Below, piece by piece: positions 24,410-38,900 of a stretch of 64,000 bases of DNA. The notes under the pieces are model-generated. The model was not told where the DNA came from. It searched no databases and was given only the letters and a program-made list of their open reading frames with translations. Source of the stretch: Eledone cirrhosa (taxonomy: Eukaryota); NCBI GenBank assembly GCA_964016885.1, contig OZ024741.1, forward strand, positions 102,052,001-102,116,000, given 5' to 3'. Both the position numbers and the translations under genes were made by a program. Positions within the stretch are counted from its first letter, which is position 1; the number at the start of each line of letters is the position of its first letter.

Positions 24410-25766
24410 CGTTTATTTTGATTTTCATTATTTTTTTGTGGGGTTAAATATTATATCCTAAAGGCATTAGAAAGCCTTTTTCATGAATCGAAGAGGAGAT
24501 ATTTCGTAGATACAGAAGTGATTAACAATATACAAAAACATATACTAGTTTTGGGGGTCCACTTTTCACATTTGGCCTGTGTCTAAAACCATACTTGTCG
24601 GCCTATGTTTAAGAACTGATCTTGACACATTACCAGTTTTAGCGGAGTTCAATTCTAAACACTCATGGTTCCATTATTAGCTTTGGGTGTCTAAATCTCA
24701 GAACTAACCTGGAGCTATTAACCATTTCTGTGACTAGATTTCACAATTGGGCTGGCCCGTTTATCAGCGTAAGAAGGTCCACATTTCAAAAATGACATTG
24801 GAATATTACGAATTTTAGGTTTCTAGCCCAACTAAACCGGAATTATTACCAACTTTGGTGTCTAAATTTCAATAGACCATAAATATTTCCAGCTTTGGGA
24901 GATTAGATTTCAAATTTTGTCTGGTCCAAACACCAGCTTTGGGGACCTACATTTAATATTCTATTTGGCCCTTAATATCAATTCAGGGTGCCGATATTTC
25001 ACAACTGTCCCTGGAGTAATGCCATCACTAGTAAATTTATTTTGGGGTTGACGGTGTGCTAATTTTCACATCTCACGAGTTTTGGTAGTCTACATTTGAT
25101 AATAGATTCGGGCCTATTCCTAAGTTATGGAGGTTACGTTTTACATCTGACCTGGGACGATTATCAATTTCTGTAGCCTACATTTTACACTTCACCTGGT
25201 TATATAAGCAGATTTCTTTACGGAATGGGTGTACACTTCACTTCTCATCTGGGCCTATATTCTGGTTTGCATGGGCTTAATTATAAATACGGTGAAATAG
25301 CCTGATTCGTGCGTGTGTGTGTGTGGGGGGTGGGGGGTGGCTCTACATATCAATATTTGTCTAGTCTTTAATACCAATTTAGGAGGCTAATGATTCAGGA
25401 CTGTCCTTGGATAATTGACTTCACCACGAAATTTATTTAGGGGCTGTGGGTATGCTATATTTAATATCTCACGGGTTTTGGGAGTCTACATTTGAAGTGA
25501 GAGCAAATAAAAATCCATAATTATAGACCGTGGAACTTTTAGAATTTATGGTTATCACATTAGCACAAGAATGAAAGTACAACTAGTTTTTTACTTAACA
25601 GATAATTAAAGTATATAAGATATAATAGAGCAGCTATCGAAATAACTCTAATTAAACGTTAATGAGAGATACACATTGAAGTCTTGGACATTGTACATTG
25701 GCTGACGTTATAGCAATTAGCAAGTGGTAGTGTTGATGTAGTTAAGTATAAGAAGAACTGTTAGTT

Positions 25767-25861
25767 GCCTCGGTAGCGCAGTAGGCAGCGCGTCAGTCTC
25801 ATAATCAGAAGTAATACTTGGAGGAATCTGAAGGTCGTGAGTTCGATCCTCACCTGGGGCA
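25767..25861 (+). tRNA. tRNA-Met(CAT), intron, A-type
   Basis: Same as 11259 copy. Confidence 0.95.
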
Positions 25862-26732
25862 CAATTATTTTGATCTTACTATTTTTTTGTGAGGTTCAAT
25901 ATTATCTTATAAAGGCATTAGAAAGCCATTTCATAAATCGAGAATGAGATATTTCGTAGATTCAGAAGTGATTGACTATATACAATGTGTTCTTTTAACC
26001 AAATTTTACACTGAATTAATGTGTACTTAGAAATGTGGTGTACATATGATATCTGTTTTGGTTATATTACCAGTTTTTCACTAATAACACGGAGATAATA
26101 CCGGCATTGTGAGGGGGAAGCTATATTTTACAATAGACTTGGACCTATTACTAGTTTCGGGGACCCACATTGTACATGTGGGCCTACATTTAAGAATTGA
26201 TCTTGACTTATTACAAGCTTTAGCGGAGTTCATTTCTTAGCTCATATAGGTGCTATTATTAGCTTTGTCGGTCTAAATTTCAGAACAAAACTAGAGCTAG
26301 TAGCCGTTTCATGAGACTTGATTTGAGAAGTGGGCTGGCCCTTTTCTCAGCGTAAGTGGGTCCACATTTGAAACATTGACATTGGTATAGTACCAATTGT
26401 AGGTACCTACATATCCAACTACACCCGTCTTATTACCAACTTCGGTGTCTAAATTTCAATTGATCAGGGAGAATCTATTTCAAATTTGGTCTGGTCCAAA
26501 CACCAGTATTTGGGGACCTACGGTTCACATTTGATCTGAACCTAAATATCAATTTAGGGGTCCCATATTTCACAACTATCCCTGGAGGAATGCCATCACC
26601 AGTAGATTTACTTTGGGGTTGACGGTGTGCTAATTTTCACAATGAAGTCTTGGACATTGTACCTTAGCTGACATTATAGCAATTACCACGTGATAGGATT
26701 GATGTAGTTAAATATAAGCAGAGCTTCCAGTT

Positions 26733-26827
26733 GCCTCGGTAGCGCAGTAGGCAGCGCGTCAGTCTCATAATCAAAAGTAATAATTAGAGGAATCTGAAGG
26801 TCGTGAGTTCGATCCTCACTTGGGGCA
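26733..26827 (+). tRNA. tRNA-Met(CAT), intron, B-type (T66)
   Basis: Same as 12225 copy. Confidence 0.92.
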
Positions 26828-28181
26828 CGTTTATTTTGATTTTCATTATTTTTTTGTGGGGTTAAATATTATATCCTAAAGGCATTAGAAAGCCTTTTTC
26901 ATGAATCGAAGAGGAGATATTTCGTAGATACAGAAGTGATTAACAATATACAAAAACATATACTAGTTTTGGGGGTCCACTTTTCACATTTGGCCTGTGT
27001 CTAAAACCATACTTGTCGGCCTATGTTTAAGAACTGATCTTGACACATTACCAGTTTTAGCGGAGTTCAATTCTAAACACTCATGGTTCCATTATTAGCT
27101 TTGGGTGTCTAAATCTCAGAACTAACCTGGAGCTATTAACCATTTCTGTGACTAGATTTCACAATTGGGCTGGCCCGTTTATCAGCGTAAGAAGGTCCAC
27201 ATTTCAAAAATGACATTGGAATATTACGAATTTTAGGTTTCTAGCCCAACTAAACCGGAATTATTACCAACTTTGGTGTCTAAATTTCAATAGACCTGTA
27301 AATATTTCCAGCTTTGGGAGATTAGATTTCAAATTTTGTCTGGTCCAAACACCAGCTTTAGGGACCTACATTTAATATTCTATTTGGCCCTTAATATCAA
27401 TTCAGGGTGCCGATATTTCACAACTGTCCCTGGAGTAATGCCATCACTAGTAAATTTATTTTGGGGTTGACGGTGTGCTAATTTTCACATCTCACGAGTT
27501 TTGGTAGTCTACATTTGATAATAGATTCGGGCCTATTCCTAAGTTATGGAGGTTACGTTTTACATCTGACCTGGGACGATTATCAATTTCTGTAGCCTAC
27601 ATTTTACACTTCACCTGGTTATATAAGCAGATTTCTTTACGGAATGGGTGTACACTTCACTTCTCATCTGGGCCTATATTCTGGTTTGCATGGGCTTAAT
27701 TATAAATACGGTGAAATAGCCTGATTCGTGCGTGTGTGTGTGGGGGAGGTGGTGGCTCTACATATCAATATTTGTCTGGTCTTTAATACCAATTTAGGAG
27801 GCTAATGATTCAGGACTGTCCTTGGATAATTGACTTCACCACGAAATTTATTTAGGGGCTGTGGGTATGCTATATTTAATATCTCACGGGTTTTGGGAGT
27901 CTACATTTGAAGTGAGAGCAAATAAAAATCCATAATTATAGACCGTGGAACTTTTAGAATTTATGGTTATCACATTAGCACAAGAATGAAAGTACAACTA
28001 GTTTTTTACTTAACAGATAATTAAAGTATATAAGATATAATAGAGCAGCTATCGAAATAACTCTAATTAAACGTTAATGAGAGATACACATTGAAGTCTT
28101 GGACATTGTACATTGGCTGACGTTATAGCAATTAGCAAGTGGTAGTGTTGATGTAGTTAAGTATAAGAAGAACTGTTAGTT

Positions 28182-28276
28182 GCCTCGGTAGCGCAGTAGG
28201 CAGCGCGTCAGTCTCATAATCAGAAGTAATACTTGGAGGAATCTGAAGGTCGTGAGTTCGATCCTCACCTGGGGCA
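28182..28276 (+). tRNA. tRNA-Met(CAT), intron, A-type
   Basis: Same as 11259 copy. Confidence 0.95.
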
Positions 28277-29147
28277 CAATTATTTTGATCTTACTATTTT
28301 TTTGTGAGGTTCAATATTATCTTATAAAGGCATTAGAAAGCCATTTCATAAATCGAGAATGAGATATTTCGTAGATTCAGAAGTGATTGACTATATACAA
28401 TGTGTTCTTTTAACCAAATTTTACACTGAATTAATGTGTACTTAGAAATGTGGTGTACATATGATATCTGTTTTGGTTATATTACCAGTTTTTCACTAAT
28501 AACACGGAGATAATACCGGCATTGTGAGGGGGAAGCTATATTTTACAATAGACTTGGACCTATTACTAGTTTCGGGGACCCACATTGTACATGTGGGCCT
28601 ACATTTAAGAATTGATCTTGACTTATTACAAGCTTTAGCGGAGTTCATTTCTTAGCTCATATAGGTGCTATTATTAGCTTTGTCGGTCTAAATTTCAGAA
28701 CAAAACTAGAGCTAGTAGCCGTTTCATGAGACTTGATTTGAGAAGTGGGCTGGCCCTTTTCTCAGCGTAAGTGGGTCCACATTTGAAACATTGACATTGG
28801 TATAGTACCAATTGTAGGTACCTACATATCCAACTACACCCGTCTTATTACCAACTTCGGTGTCTAAATTTCAATTGATCAGGGAGAATCTATTTCAAAT
28901 TTGGTCTGGTCCAAACACCAGTATTTGGGGATCTACGGTTCACATTTGATCTGAACCTAAATATCAATTTAGGGGTCCCATATTTCACAACTATCCCTGG
29001 AGGAATGCCATCACCAGTAGATTTACTTTGGGGTTGACGGTGTGCTAATTTTCACAATGAAGTCTTGGACATTGTACCTTAGCTGACATTATAGCAATTA
29101 CCACGTGATAGGATTGATGTAGTTAAATATAAGCAGAGCTTCCAGTT

Positions 29148-29242
29148 GCCTCGGTAGCGCAGTAGGCAGCGCGTCAGTCTCATAATCAAAAGTAATAATT
29201 AGAGGAATCTGAAGGTCGTGAGTTCGATCCTCACTTGGGGCA
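29148..29242 (+). tRNA. tRNA-Met(CAT), intron, B-type (T66)
   Basis: Same as 12225 copy. Confidence 0.92.
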
Positions 29243-30596
29243 CGTTTATTTTGATTTTCATTATTTTTTTGTGGGGTTAAATATTATATCCTAAAGGCAT
29301 TAGAAAGCCTTTTTCATGAATCGAAGAGGAGATATTTCGTAGATACAGAAGTGATTAACAATATACAAAAACATATACTAGTTTTGGGGGTCCACTTTTC
29401 ACATTTGGCCTGTGTCTAAAACCATACTTGTCGGCCTATGTTTAAGAACTGATCTTGACACATTACCAGTTTTAGCGGAGTTCAATTCTAAACACTCATG
29501 GTTCCATTATTAGCTTTGGGTGTCTAAATCTCAGAACTAACCTGGAGCTATTAACCATTTCTGTGACTAGATTTCACAATTGGGCTGGCCCGTTTATCAG
29601 CGTAAGAAGGTCCACATTTCAAAAATGACATTGGAATATTACGAATTTTAGGTTTCTAGCCCAACTAAACCGGAATTATTACCAACTTTGGTGTCTAAAT
29701 TTCAATAGACCTGTAAATATTTCCAGCTTTGGGAGATTAGATTTCAAATTTTGTCTGGTCCAAACACCAGCTTTAGGGACCTACATTTAATATTCTATTT
29801 GGCCCTTAATATCAATTCAGGGTGCCGATATTTCACAACTGTCCCTGGAGTAATGCCATCACTAGTAAATTTATTTTGGGGTTGACGGTGTGCTAATTTT
29901 CACATCTCACGAGTTTTGGTAGTCTACATTTGATAATAGATTCGGGCCTATTCCTAAGTTATGGAGGTTACGTTTTACATCTGACCTGGGACGATTATCA
30001 ATTTCTGTAGCCTACATTTTACACTTCACCTGGTTATATAAGCAGATTTCTTTACGGAATGGGTGTACACTTCACTTCTCATCTGGGCCTATATTCTGGT
30101 TTGCATGGGCTTAATTATAAATACGGTGAAATAGCCTGATTCGTGCGTGTGTGTGTGGGGGAGGTGGTGGCTCTACATATCAATATTTGTCTGGTCTTTA
30201 ATACCAATTTAGGAGGCTAATGATTCAGGACTGTCCTTGGATAATTGACTTCACCACGAAATTTATTTAGGGGCTGTGGGTATGCTATATTTAATATCTC
30301 ACGGGTTTTGGAAGTCTACATTTGAAGTGAGAGCAAATAAAAATCCATAATTATAGACCGTGGAACTTTTAGAATTTATGGTTATCACATTAGCACAAGA
30401 ATGAAAGTACAACTAGTTTTTTACTTAACAGATAATTAAAGTATATAAGATATAATAGAGCAGCTATCGAAATAACTCTAATTAAACGTTAATGAGAGAT
30501 ACACATTGAAGTCTTGGACATTGTACATTGGCTGACGTTATAGCAATTAGCAAGTGGTAGTGTTGATGTAGTTAAGTATAAGAAGAACTGTTAGTT

Positions 30597-30691
30597 GCCT
30601 CGGTAGCGCAGTAGGCAGCGCGTCAGTCTCATAATCAGAAGTAATACTTGGAGGAATCTGAAGGTCGTGAGTTCGATCCTCACCTGGGGCA
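30597..30691 (+). tRNA. tRNA-Met(CAT), intron, A-type
   Basis: Same as 11259 copy. Confidence 0.95.
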
Positions 30692-31562
30692 CAATTATTT
30701 TGATCTTACTATTTTTTTGTGAGGTTCAATATTATCTTATAAAGGCACTAGAAAGCCATTTCATAAATCGAGAATGAGATATTTCGTAGATTCAGAAGTG
30801 ATTGACTATATACAATGTGTTCTTTTAACCAAATTTTACACTGAATTAATGTGTACTTAGAAATGTGGTGTACATATGATATCTGTTTTGGTTATATTAC
30901 CAGTTTTTCACTAATAACACGGAGATAATACCGGCATTGTGAGGGGGAAGCTATATTTTACAATAGACTTGGACCTATTACTAGTTTCGGGGACCCACAT
31001 TGTACATGTGGGCCTACATTTAAGAATTGATCTTGACTTATTACAAGCTTTAGCGGAGTTCATTTCTTAGCTCATATAGGTGCTATTATTAGCTTTGTCG
31101 GTCTAAATTTCAGAACAAAACTAGAGCTAGTAGCCGTTTCATGAGACTTGATTTGAGAAGTGGGCTGGCCCTTTTCTCAGCGTAAGTGGGTCCACATTTG
31201 AAACATTGACATTGGTATAGTACCAATTGTAGGTACCTACATATCCAACTACACCCGTCTTATTACCAACTTCGGTGTCTAAATTTCAATTGATCAGGGA
31301 GAATCTATTTCAAATTTGGTCTGGTCCAAACACCAGTATTTGGGGACCTACGGTTCACATTTGATCTGACCCTAAATATCAATTTAGGGGTCCCATATTT
31401 CACAACTATCCCTGGAGGAATGCCATCACCAGTAGATTTACTTTGGGGTTGACGGTGTGCTAATTTTCACAATGAAGTCTTGGACATTGTACCTTAGCTG
31501 ACATTATAGCAATTACCACGTGATAGGATTGATGTAGTTAAATATAAGCAGAGCTTCCAGTT

Positions 31563-31657
31563 GCCTCGGTAGCGCAGTAGGCAGCGCGTCAGTCTCATAA
31601 TCAAAAGTAATAATTAGAGGGATCTGAAGGTCGTGAGTTCGATCCTCACTTGGGGCA
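31563..31657 (+). tRNA. tRNA-Met(CAT), B-type (T66), last intron base G
   Basis: Intron ends TAGAGGG. Confidence 0.9.
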
Positions 31658-33010
31658 CATTTATTTTGATTTTCATTATTTTTTTGTGGGGTTAAATATT
31701 ATATCCTAAAGGCATTAGAAAGCCTTTTTCATGAATCGAAGAGGAGATATTTCGTAGATACAGAAGTGATTAACAATATACAAAAACATATACTAGTTTT
31801 GGGGGTCCACTTTTCACATTTGGCCTGTGTCTAAAACCATACTTGTCGGCCTATGTTTAAGAACTGATCTTGACACATTACCAGTTTTAGCGGAGTTCAA
31901 TTCTAAACACTCATGGTTCCATTATTAGCTTTGGGTGTCTAAATCTCAGAACTAACCTGGAGCTATTAACCATTTCTGTGACTAGATTTCACAATTGGGC
32001 TGGCCCGTTTATCAGCGTAAGAAGGTCCACATTTCAAAAATGACATTGGAATATTACGAATTTTAGGTTTCTAGCCCAACTAAACCGGAATTATTACCAA
32101 CTTTGGTGTCTAAATTTCAATAGACCATAAATATTTCCAGCTTTGGGAGATTAGATTTCAAATTTTGTCTGGTCCAAACACCAGCTTTGGGGACCTACAT
32201 TTAATATTCTATTTGGCCCTTAATATCAATTCAGGGTGCCGATATTTCACAACTGTCCCTGGAGTAATGCCATCACTAGTAAATTTATTTTGGGGTTGAC
32301 GGTGTGCTAATTTTCACATCTCACGAGTTTTGGTAGTCTACATTTGATAATAGATTCGGGCCTATTCCTAAGTTATGGAGGTTACGTTTTACATCTGACC
32401 TGGGACGATTATCAATTTCTGTAGCCTACATTTTACACTTCACCTGGTTATATAAGCAGATTTCTTTACGGAATGGGTGTACACTTCACTTCTCATCTGG
32501 GCCTATATTCTGGTTTGCATGGGCTTAATTATAAATACGGTGAAATAGCCTGATTCGTGCGTGTGTGTGTGGGGGAGGTGGTGGCTCTACATATCAATAT
32601 TTGTCTGGTCTTTAATACCAATTTAGGAGGCTAATGATTCAGGACTGTCCTTGGATAATTGACTTCACCACTAAATTTATTTAGGGGCTGTGGGTATGCT
32701 ATATTTAATATCTCACGGGTTTTGGGAGTCTACATTTGAAGTGAGAGCAAATAAAAATCCATAATTATAGACCGTGGAACTTTTAGAATTTATGGTTATC
32801 ACATTAGCACAAGAATGAAAGTACAACTAGTTTTTTACTTAACAGATAATTAAAGTATATAAGATATAATAGAGCAGCTATCGAAATAACTCTAATTAAA
32901 CGTTAATGAGAGATACACATTGAAGTCTTGGACATTGTACATTGGCTGACGTTATAGCAATTAGCAAGTGGTAGTGTTGATGTAGTTAAGTATAAGAAGA
33001 ACTGTTAGTT

Positions 33011-33105
33011 GCCTCGGTAGCGCAGTAGGCAGCGCGTCAGTCTCATAATCAGAAGTAATACTTGGAGGAATCTGAAGGTCGTGAGTTCGATCCTCACCTG
33101 TGGCA
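33011..33105 (+). tRNA. tRNA-Met(CAT), A-type, G69T variant
   Basis: 3' end CTGTGGCA, giving a T4:T69 mismatch. Confidence 0.85.
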
Positions 33106-33976
33106 CAATTATTTTGATCTTACTATTTTTTTGTGAGGTTCAATATTATCTTATAAAGGCATTAGAAAGCCATTTCATAAATCGAGAATGAGATATTTCG
33201 TAGATTCAGAAGTGATTGACTATATACAATGTGTTCTTTTAACCAAATTTTACACTGAATTAATGTGTACTTAGAAATGTGGTGTACATATGATATCTGT
33301 TTTGGTTATATTACCAGTTTTTCACTAATAACACGGAGATAATACCGGCATTGTGAGGGGGAAGCTATATTTTACAATAGACTTGGACCTATTACTAGTT
33401 TCGGGGACCCACATTGTACATGTGGGCCTACATTTAAGAATTGATCTTGACTTATTACAAGCTTTAGCGGAGTTCATTTCTTAGCTCATATAGGTGCTAT
33501 TATTAGCTTTGTCGGTCTAAATTTCAGAACAAAACTAGAGCTAGTAGCCGTTTCATGAGACTTGATTTGAGAAGTGGGCTGGCCCTTTTCTCAGCGTAAG
33601 TGGGTCCACATTTGAAACATTGACATTGGTATAGTACCAATTGTAGGTACCTACATATCCAACTACACCCGTCTTATTACCAACTTCGGTGTCTAAATTT
33701 CAATTGATCAGGGAGAATCTATTTCAAATTTGGTCTGGTCCAAACACCAGTATTTGGGGACCTACGGTTCACATTTGATCTGACCCTAAATATCAATTTA
33801 GGGGTCCCATATTTCACAACTATCCCTGGAGGAATGCCATCACCAGTAGATTTACTTTGGGGTTGACGGTGTGCTAATTTTCACAATGAAGTCTTGGACA
33901 TTGTACCTTAGCTGACATTATAGCAATTACCACGTGATAGGATTGATGTAGTTAAATATAAGCAGAGCTTCAAGTT

Positions 33977-34071
33977 GCCTCGGTAGCGCAGTAGGCAGCG
34001 CGTCAGTCTCATAATCAAAAGTAATAATTAGAGGAATCTGAAGGTCGTGAGTTCGATCCTCACTTGGGGCA
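33977..34071 (+). tRNA. tRNA-Met(CAT), intron, B-type (T66)
   Basis: Same as 12225 copy. Confidence 0.92.
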
Positions 34072-35438
34072 CATTTATTTTGATTTTCATTATTTTTTTG
34101 TGGGGTTAAATATTATATCCTAAAGGCATTAGAAAGCCTTTTTCATGAATCGAAGAGGAGATATTTCGTAGATACAGAAGTGATTAACAATATACAAAAA
34201 CATATACTAGTTTTGGGGGTCCACTTTTCACATTTGGCCTGTGTCTAAAACCATACTTGTCGGCCTATGTTTAAGAACTGATCTTGACACATTACCAGTT
34301 TTAGCGGAGTTCATTTCTAAACACTCATGGTTCCATTATTAGCTTTGGGTGTCTAAATCTCAGAACTAACCTGGAGCTATTAACCATTTCTGTGACTAGA
34401 TTTCACAATTGGGCTGGCCCGTTTATCAGCGTAAGAAGGTCCACATTTCAAAAATGACATTGGAATATTACGAATTTTAGGTTTCTAGCCCAACTAAACC
34501 GGAATTATTACCAACTTTGGTGTCTAAATTTCAATAGACCTGTAAATATTTCCAGCTTTGGGAGATTAGATTTCAAATTTTGTCTGGTCCAAACACCAGC
34601 TTTGGGGACCTACATTTAATATTCTATTTGGCCCTTAATATCAATTCAGGGTGCCGATATTTCACAACTGTCCCTGGAGTAATGCCATCACTAGTAAATT
34701 TATTTTGGGGTTGACGGTGTGCTAATTTTCACATCTCACGAGTTTTGGTAGTCTACATTTGATAATAGATTCGGGCCTATTCCTAAGTTATGGAGGTTAC
34801 GTTTTACATCTGACCTGGGACGATTATCAATTTCTGTAGCCTACATCTTACACTTCACCTGGTTATATAAGCAGATTTCTTTACGGAATGGGTGTACACT
34901 TCACTTCTCATCTGGGCCTATATTCTGGTTTGCATGGGCTTAATTATAAATACGGTGAAATAGCCTGATTCGTGCGTGTGTGTGTGTGGGGGGTGGAGGG
35001 GGGGGGGGGTGGCTCTACATATCAATATTTGTCTGGTCTTTAATACCAATTTAGGAGGCTAATGATTCAGGACTGTCCTTGGATAATTGCCTTCACCACG
35101 AAATTTATTTAGGGGCTGTGGGTATGCTATATTTAATATCTCACGGGTTTTGGGAGTCTACATTTGAAGTGAGAGCAAATAAAAATCCATAATTATAGAC
35201 CGTGGAACTTTTAGAATTTATGGTTATCACATTAGCACAAGAATGAAAGTACAACTAGTTTTTTACTTAACAGATAATTAAAGTATATAAGATATAATAG
35301 AGGAGCTATCGAAATATCTCTAATTAAACGTTAATGAGAGATACACATTGAAGTCTTGGACATTGTACTTTGGCTGACGTTATAGCAATTAGCAAGTGGT
35401 AGTGTTGATGTAGTTAAGTATAAGAAGAACTGTTAGTT

Positions 35439-35533
35439 GCCTCGGTAGCGCAGTAGGCAGCGCGTCAGTCTCATAATCAGAAGTAATACTTGGAGGAATC
35501 TGAAGGTCGTGAGTTCGATCCTCACCTGGGGCA
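35439..35533 (+). tRNA. tRNA-Met(CAT), intron, A-type
   Basis: Same as 11259 copy. Confidence 0.95.
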
Positions 35534-36405
35534 CAATTATTTTGATCTTACTATTTTTTTTGTGAGGTTCAATATTATCTTATAAAGGCATTAGAAAGCC
35601 ATTTCATAAATCGAGAATGAGATAATTCGTAGATTTAGAAGTGATTGACTATATACAATGTGTTCTTTTAACCAAATTTTACACTGAATTAATGTGTACT
35701 TAGAAATGTGGTGTACATATGATATCTGTTTTGGTTATATTACCAGTTTTTCACTAATAACACGGAGATAATACCGGCATTGTGAGGGGGAAGCTATATT
35801 TTACAATAGACTTGGACCTATTACTAGTTTCGGGGACCCACATTGTACATGTGGGCCTACATTTAAGAATTGATCTTGACTTATTACAAGCTTTAGCGGA
35901 GTTCATTTCTTAGCTCATATAGGTGCTATTATTAGCTTTGTCGGTCTAAATTTCAGAACAAAACTAGAGCTAGTAGCCGTTTCATGAGACTTGATTTGAG
36001 AAGTGGGCTGGCCCTTTTCTCAGCGTAAGTGGGTCCACATTTGAAACATTGACATTGGTATAGTACCAATTGTAGGTACCTACATATCCAACTACACCCG
36101 TCTTATTACCAACTTCGGTGTCTAAATTTCAATTGATCTGGGAGAATCTATTTCAAATTTGGTCTGGTCCAAACACCAGTATTTGGGGACCTACGGTTCA
36201 CATTTGATCTGGCCCTTAATATCAATTTAGGGGTCCCATATTTCACAACTATCCCTGGAGGAATGCCATCACCAGTAGATTTACTTTAGGGTTGACGGTG
36301 TGCTAATTTTCACAATGAAGTCTTGGACATTGTACCTTAGCTGACATTATAGCAATTACCACGTGATAGTATTGATGTAGTTAAATATAAGTAGAGCTTC
36401 CAGTT

Positions 36406-36500
36406 GCCTCCGTAGCGCAGTAGGCAGCGCGTCAGTCTCATAATGAAAAGTAATTCTTGGAGGAATCTGAAGGTCGTGAGTTCGATTCTCACCTGGGGCA
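36406..36500 (+). tRNA. tRNA-Met(CAT), B-slot, G6C and C60T variant
   Basis: GCCTCCG start, TTCGATT loop, C66, intron ATGAAAAGTAATTCTTGGAGGA. Confidence 0.8.
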
Positions 36501-37839
36501 CATTTATTTTGATTTTCATTATTTTTTTGTGGGGTTAAATATTATATTTTCATGAATCGAAGAGGAGATATTTCGTAGATACAGAAGTGATTAACAATAT
36601 ACAAAAACATATACTAGTTTTGGGGGTCCACTTTTCACATTTGGCCTGTGTCTAAAACCATACTTGTCGGCCTATGTTTAAGAACTGATCTTGACACATT
36701 ACCAGTTTTAGCGGAGTTCAATTCTAAACACTCATGGTTCCATTATTAGCTTTGGGTGTCTAAATCTCAGAACTAACCTGGAGCTATTAACCATTTCTGT
36801 GACTAGATTTCACAATTGGGCTGGCCCGTTTATCAGCGTAAGAAGGTCCACATTTCAAAAATGACATTGGAATATTACGAATTTTAGGTTTCTAGCCCAA
36901 CTAAACCGGAATTATTACCAACTTTGGTGTCTAAATTTCAATAGACCATAAATATTTCCAGCTTTGGGAGATTAGATTTCAAATTTTGTCTGGTCCAAAC
37001 ACCAGCTTTAGGGACCTACATTTAATATTCTATTTGGCCCTTAATATCAATTCAGGGTGCCGATATTTCACAACTGTCCCTGGAGTAATGCCATCACTAG
37101 TAAATTTATTTTGGGGTTGACGGTGTGCTAATTTTCACATCTCACGAGTTTTGGTAGTCTACATTTGATAATAGATTCGGGCCTATTCCTAAGTTATGGA
37201 GGTTACGTTTTACATCTGACCTGGGACGATTATCAATTTCTGTAGCCTACATTTTACACTTCACCTGGTTATATAAGCAGATTTCTTTACGGAATGGGTG
37301 TACACTTCACTTCTCATCTGGGCCTATATTCTGGTTTGCATGGGCTTAATTATAAATACGGTGAAATAGCCTGATTCGTGCGTGTGTGTGTGTGTGGGGG
37401 GGGTGGGGGGTGGCTCTACATATCAATATTTGTCTGGTCTTTAATACCAATTTAGGAGGCTAATGATTCAGGACTGTCCTTGGATAATTGACTTCACCAC
37501 GAAATTTATTTAGGGGCTGTGGGTATGCTATATTTAATATCTCACGGGTTTTGGGAGTCTACATTTGAAGTGAGAGCAAATAAAAATCCATAATTATAGA
37601 CCGTGGAACTTTTAGAATTTATGGTTATCACATTAGCACAAGAATGAAAGTACAACTAGTTTTTTACTTAACAGATAATTAAAGTATATAAGATATAATA
37701 GAGCAGCTATCGAAGTAACTCTAATTAAACGTTAATGAGAGATACACATTGAAGTCTTGGACATTGTACATTACCTGACGTTATAGCAATTAGCAAGTGG
37801 TAGTGTTGATGTAGTTAAGTATAAGAAGAACTGTTAGTT

Positions 37840-37934
37840 GCCTCGGTAGCGCAGTAGGCAGCGCGTCAGTCTCATAATCAGAAGTAATACTTGGAGGAAT
37901 CTGAAGGTCGTGAGTTCGATCCTCACCTGGGGCA
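37840..37934 (+). tRNA. tRNA-Met(CAT), intron, A-type
   Basis: Same as 11259 copy. Confidence 0.95.
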
Positions 37935-38805
37935 CAATTATTTTGATCTTACTATTTTTTTGTGAGGTTCAATATTATCTTATAAAGGCATTAGAAAGCC
38001 ATTTCATAAATCGAGAATGAGATATTTCGTAGATTCAGAAGTGATTGACTATATACAATGTGTTCTTTTAACCAAATTTTACACTGAATTAATGTGTACT
38101 TAGAAATGTGGTGTACATATGATATCTGTTTTGGTTATATTACCAGTTTTTCACTAATAACACGGAGATAATACCGGCATTGTGAGGGGGAAGCTATATT
38201 TTACAATAGACTTGGACCTATTACTAGTTTCGGGGACCCACATTGTACATGTGGGCCTACATTTAAGAATTGATCTTGACTTATTACAAGCTTTAGCGGA
38301 GTTCATTTCTTAGCTCATATAGGTGCTATTATTAGCTTTGTCGGTCTAAATTTCAGAACAAAACTAGAGCTAGTAGCCGTTTCATGAGACTTGATTTGAG
38401 AAGTGGGCTGGCCCTTTTCTCAGCGTAAGTGGGTCCAGATTTGAAACATTGACATTGGTATAGTACCAATTGTAGGTACCTACATATCCAACTACACCCG
38501 TCTTATTACCAACTTCGGTGTCTAAATTTCAATTGATCAGGGAGAATCTATTTCAAATTTGGTCTGGTCCAAACACCAGTATTTGGGGACCTACGGTTCA
38601 CATTTGATCTGAACCTAAATATCAATTTAGGGGTCCCATATTTCACAACTATCCCTGGAGGAATGCCATCACCAGTAGATTTACTTTGGGGTTGACGGTG
38701 TGCTAATTTTCACAATGAAGTCTTGGACATTGTACCTTAGCTGACATTATAGCAATTACCACGTGATAGGATTGATGTAGTTAAATATAAGCAGAGCTTC
38801 CAGTT

Positions 38806-38900
38806 GCCTCGGTAGCGCAGTAGGCAGCGCGTCAGTCTCATAATCAAAAGTAATAATTAGAGGAATCTGAAGGTCGTGAGTTCGATCCTCACTTGGGGCA
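38806..38900 (+). tRNA. tRNA-Met(CAT), intron, B-type (T66)
   Basis: Same as 12225 copy. Confidence 0.92.
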
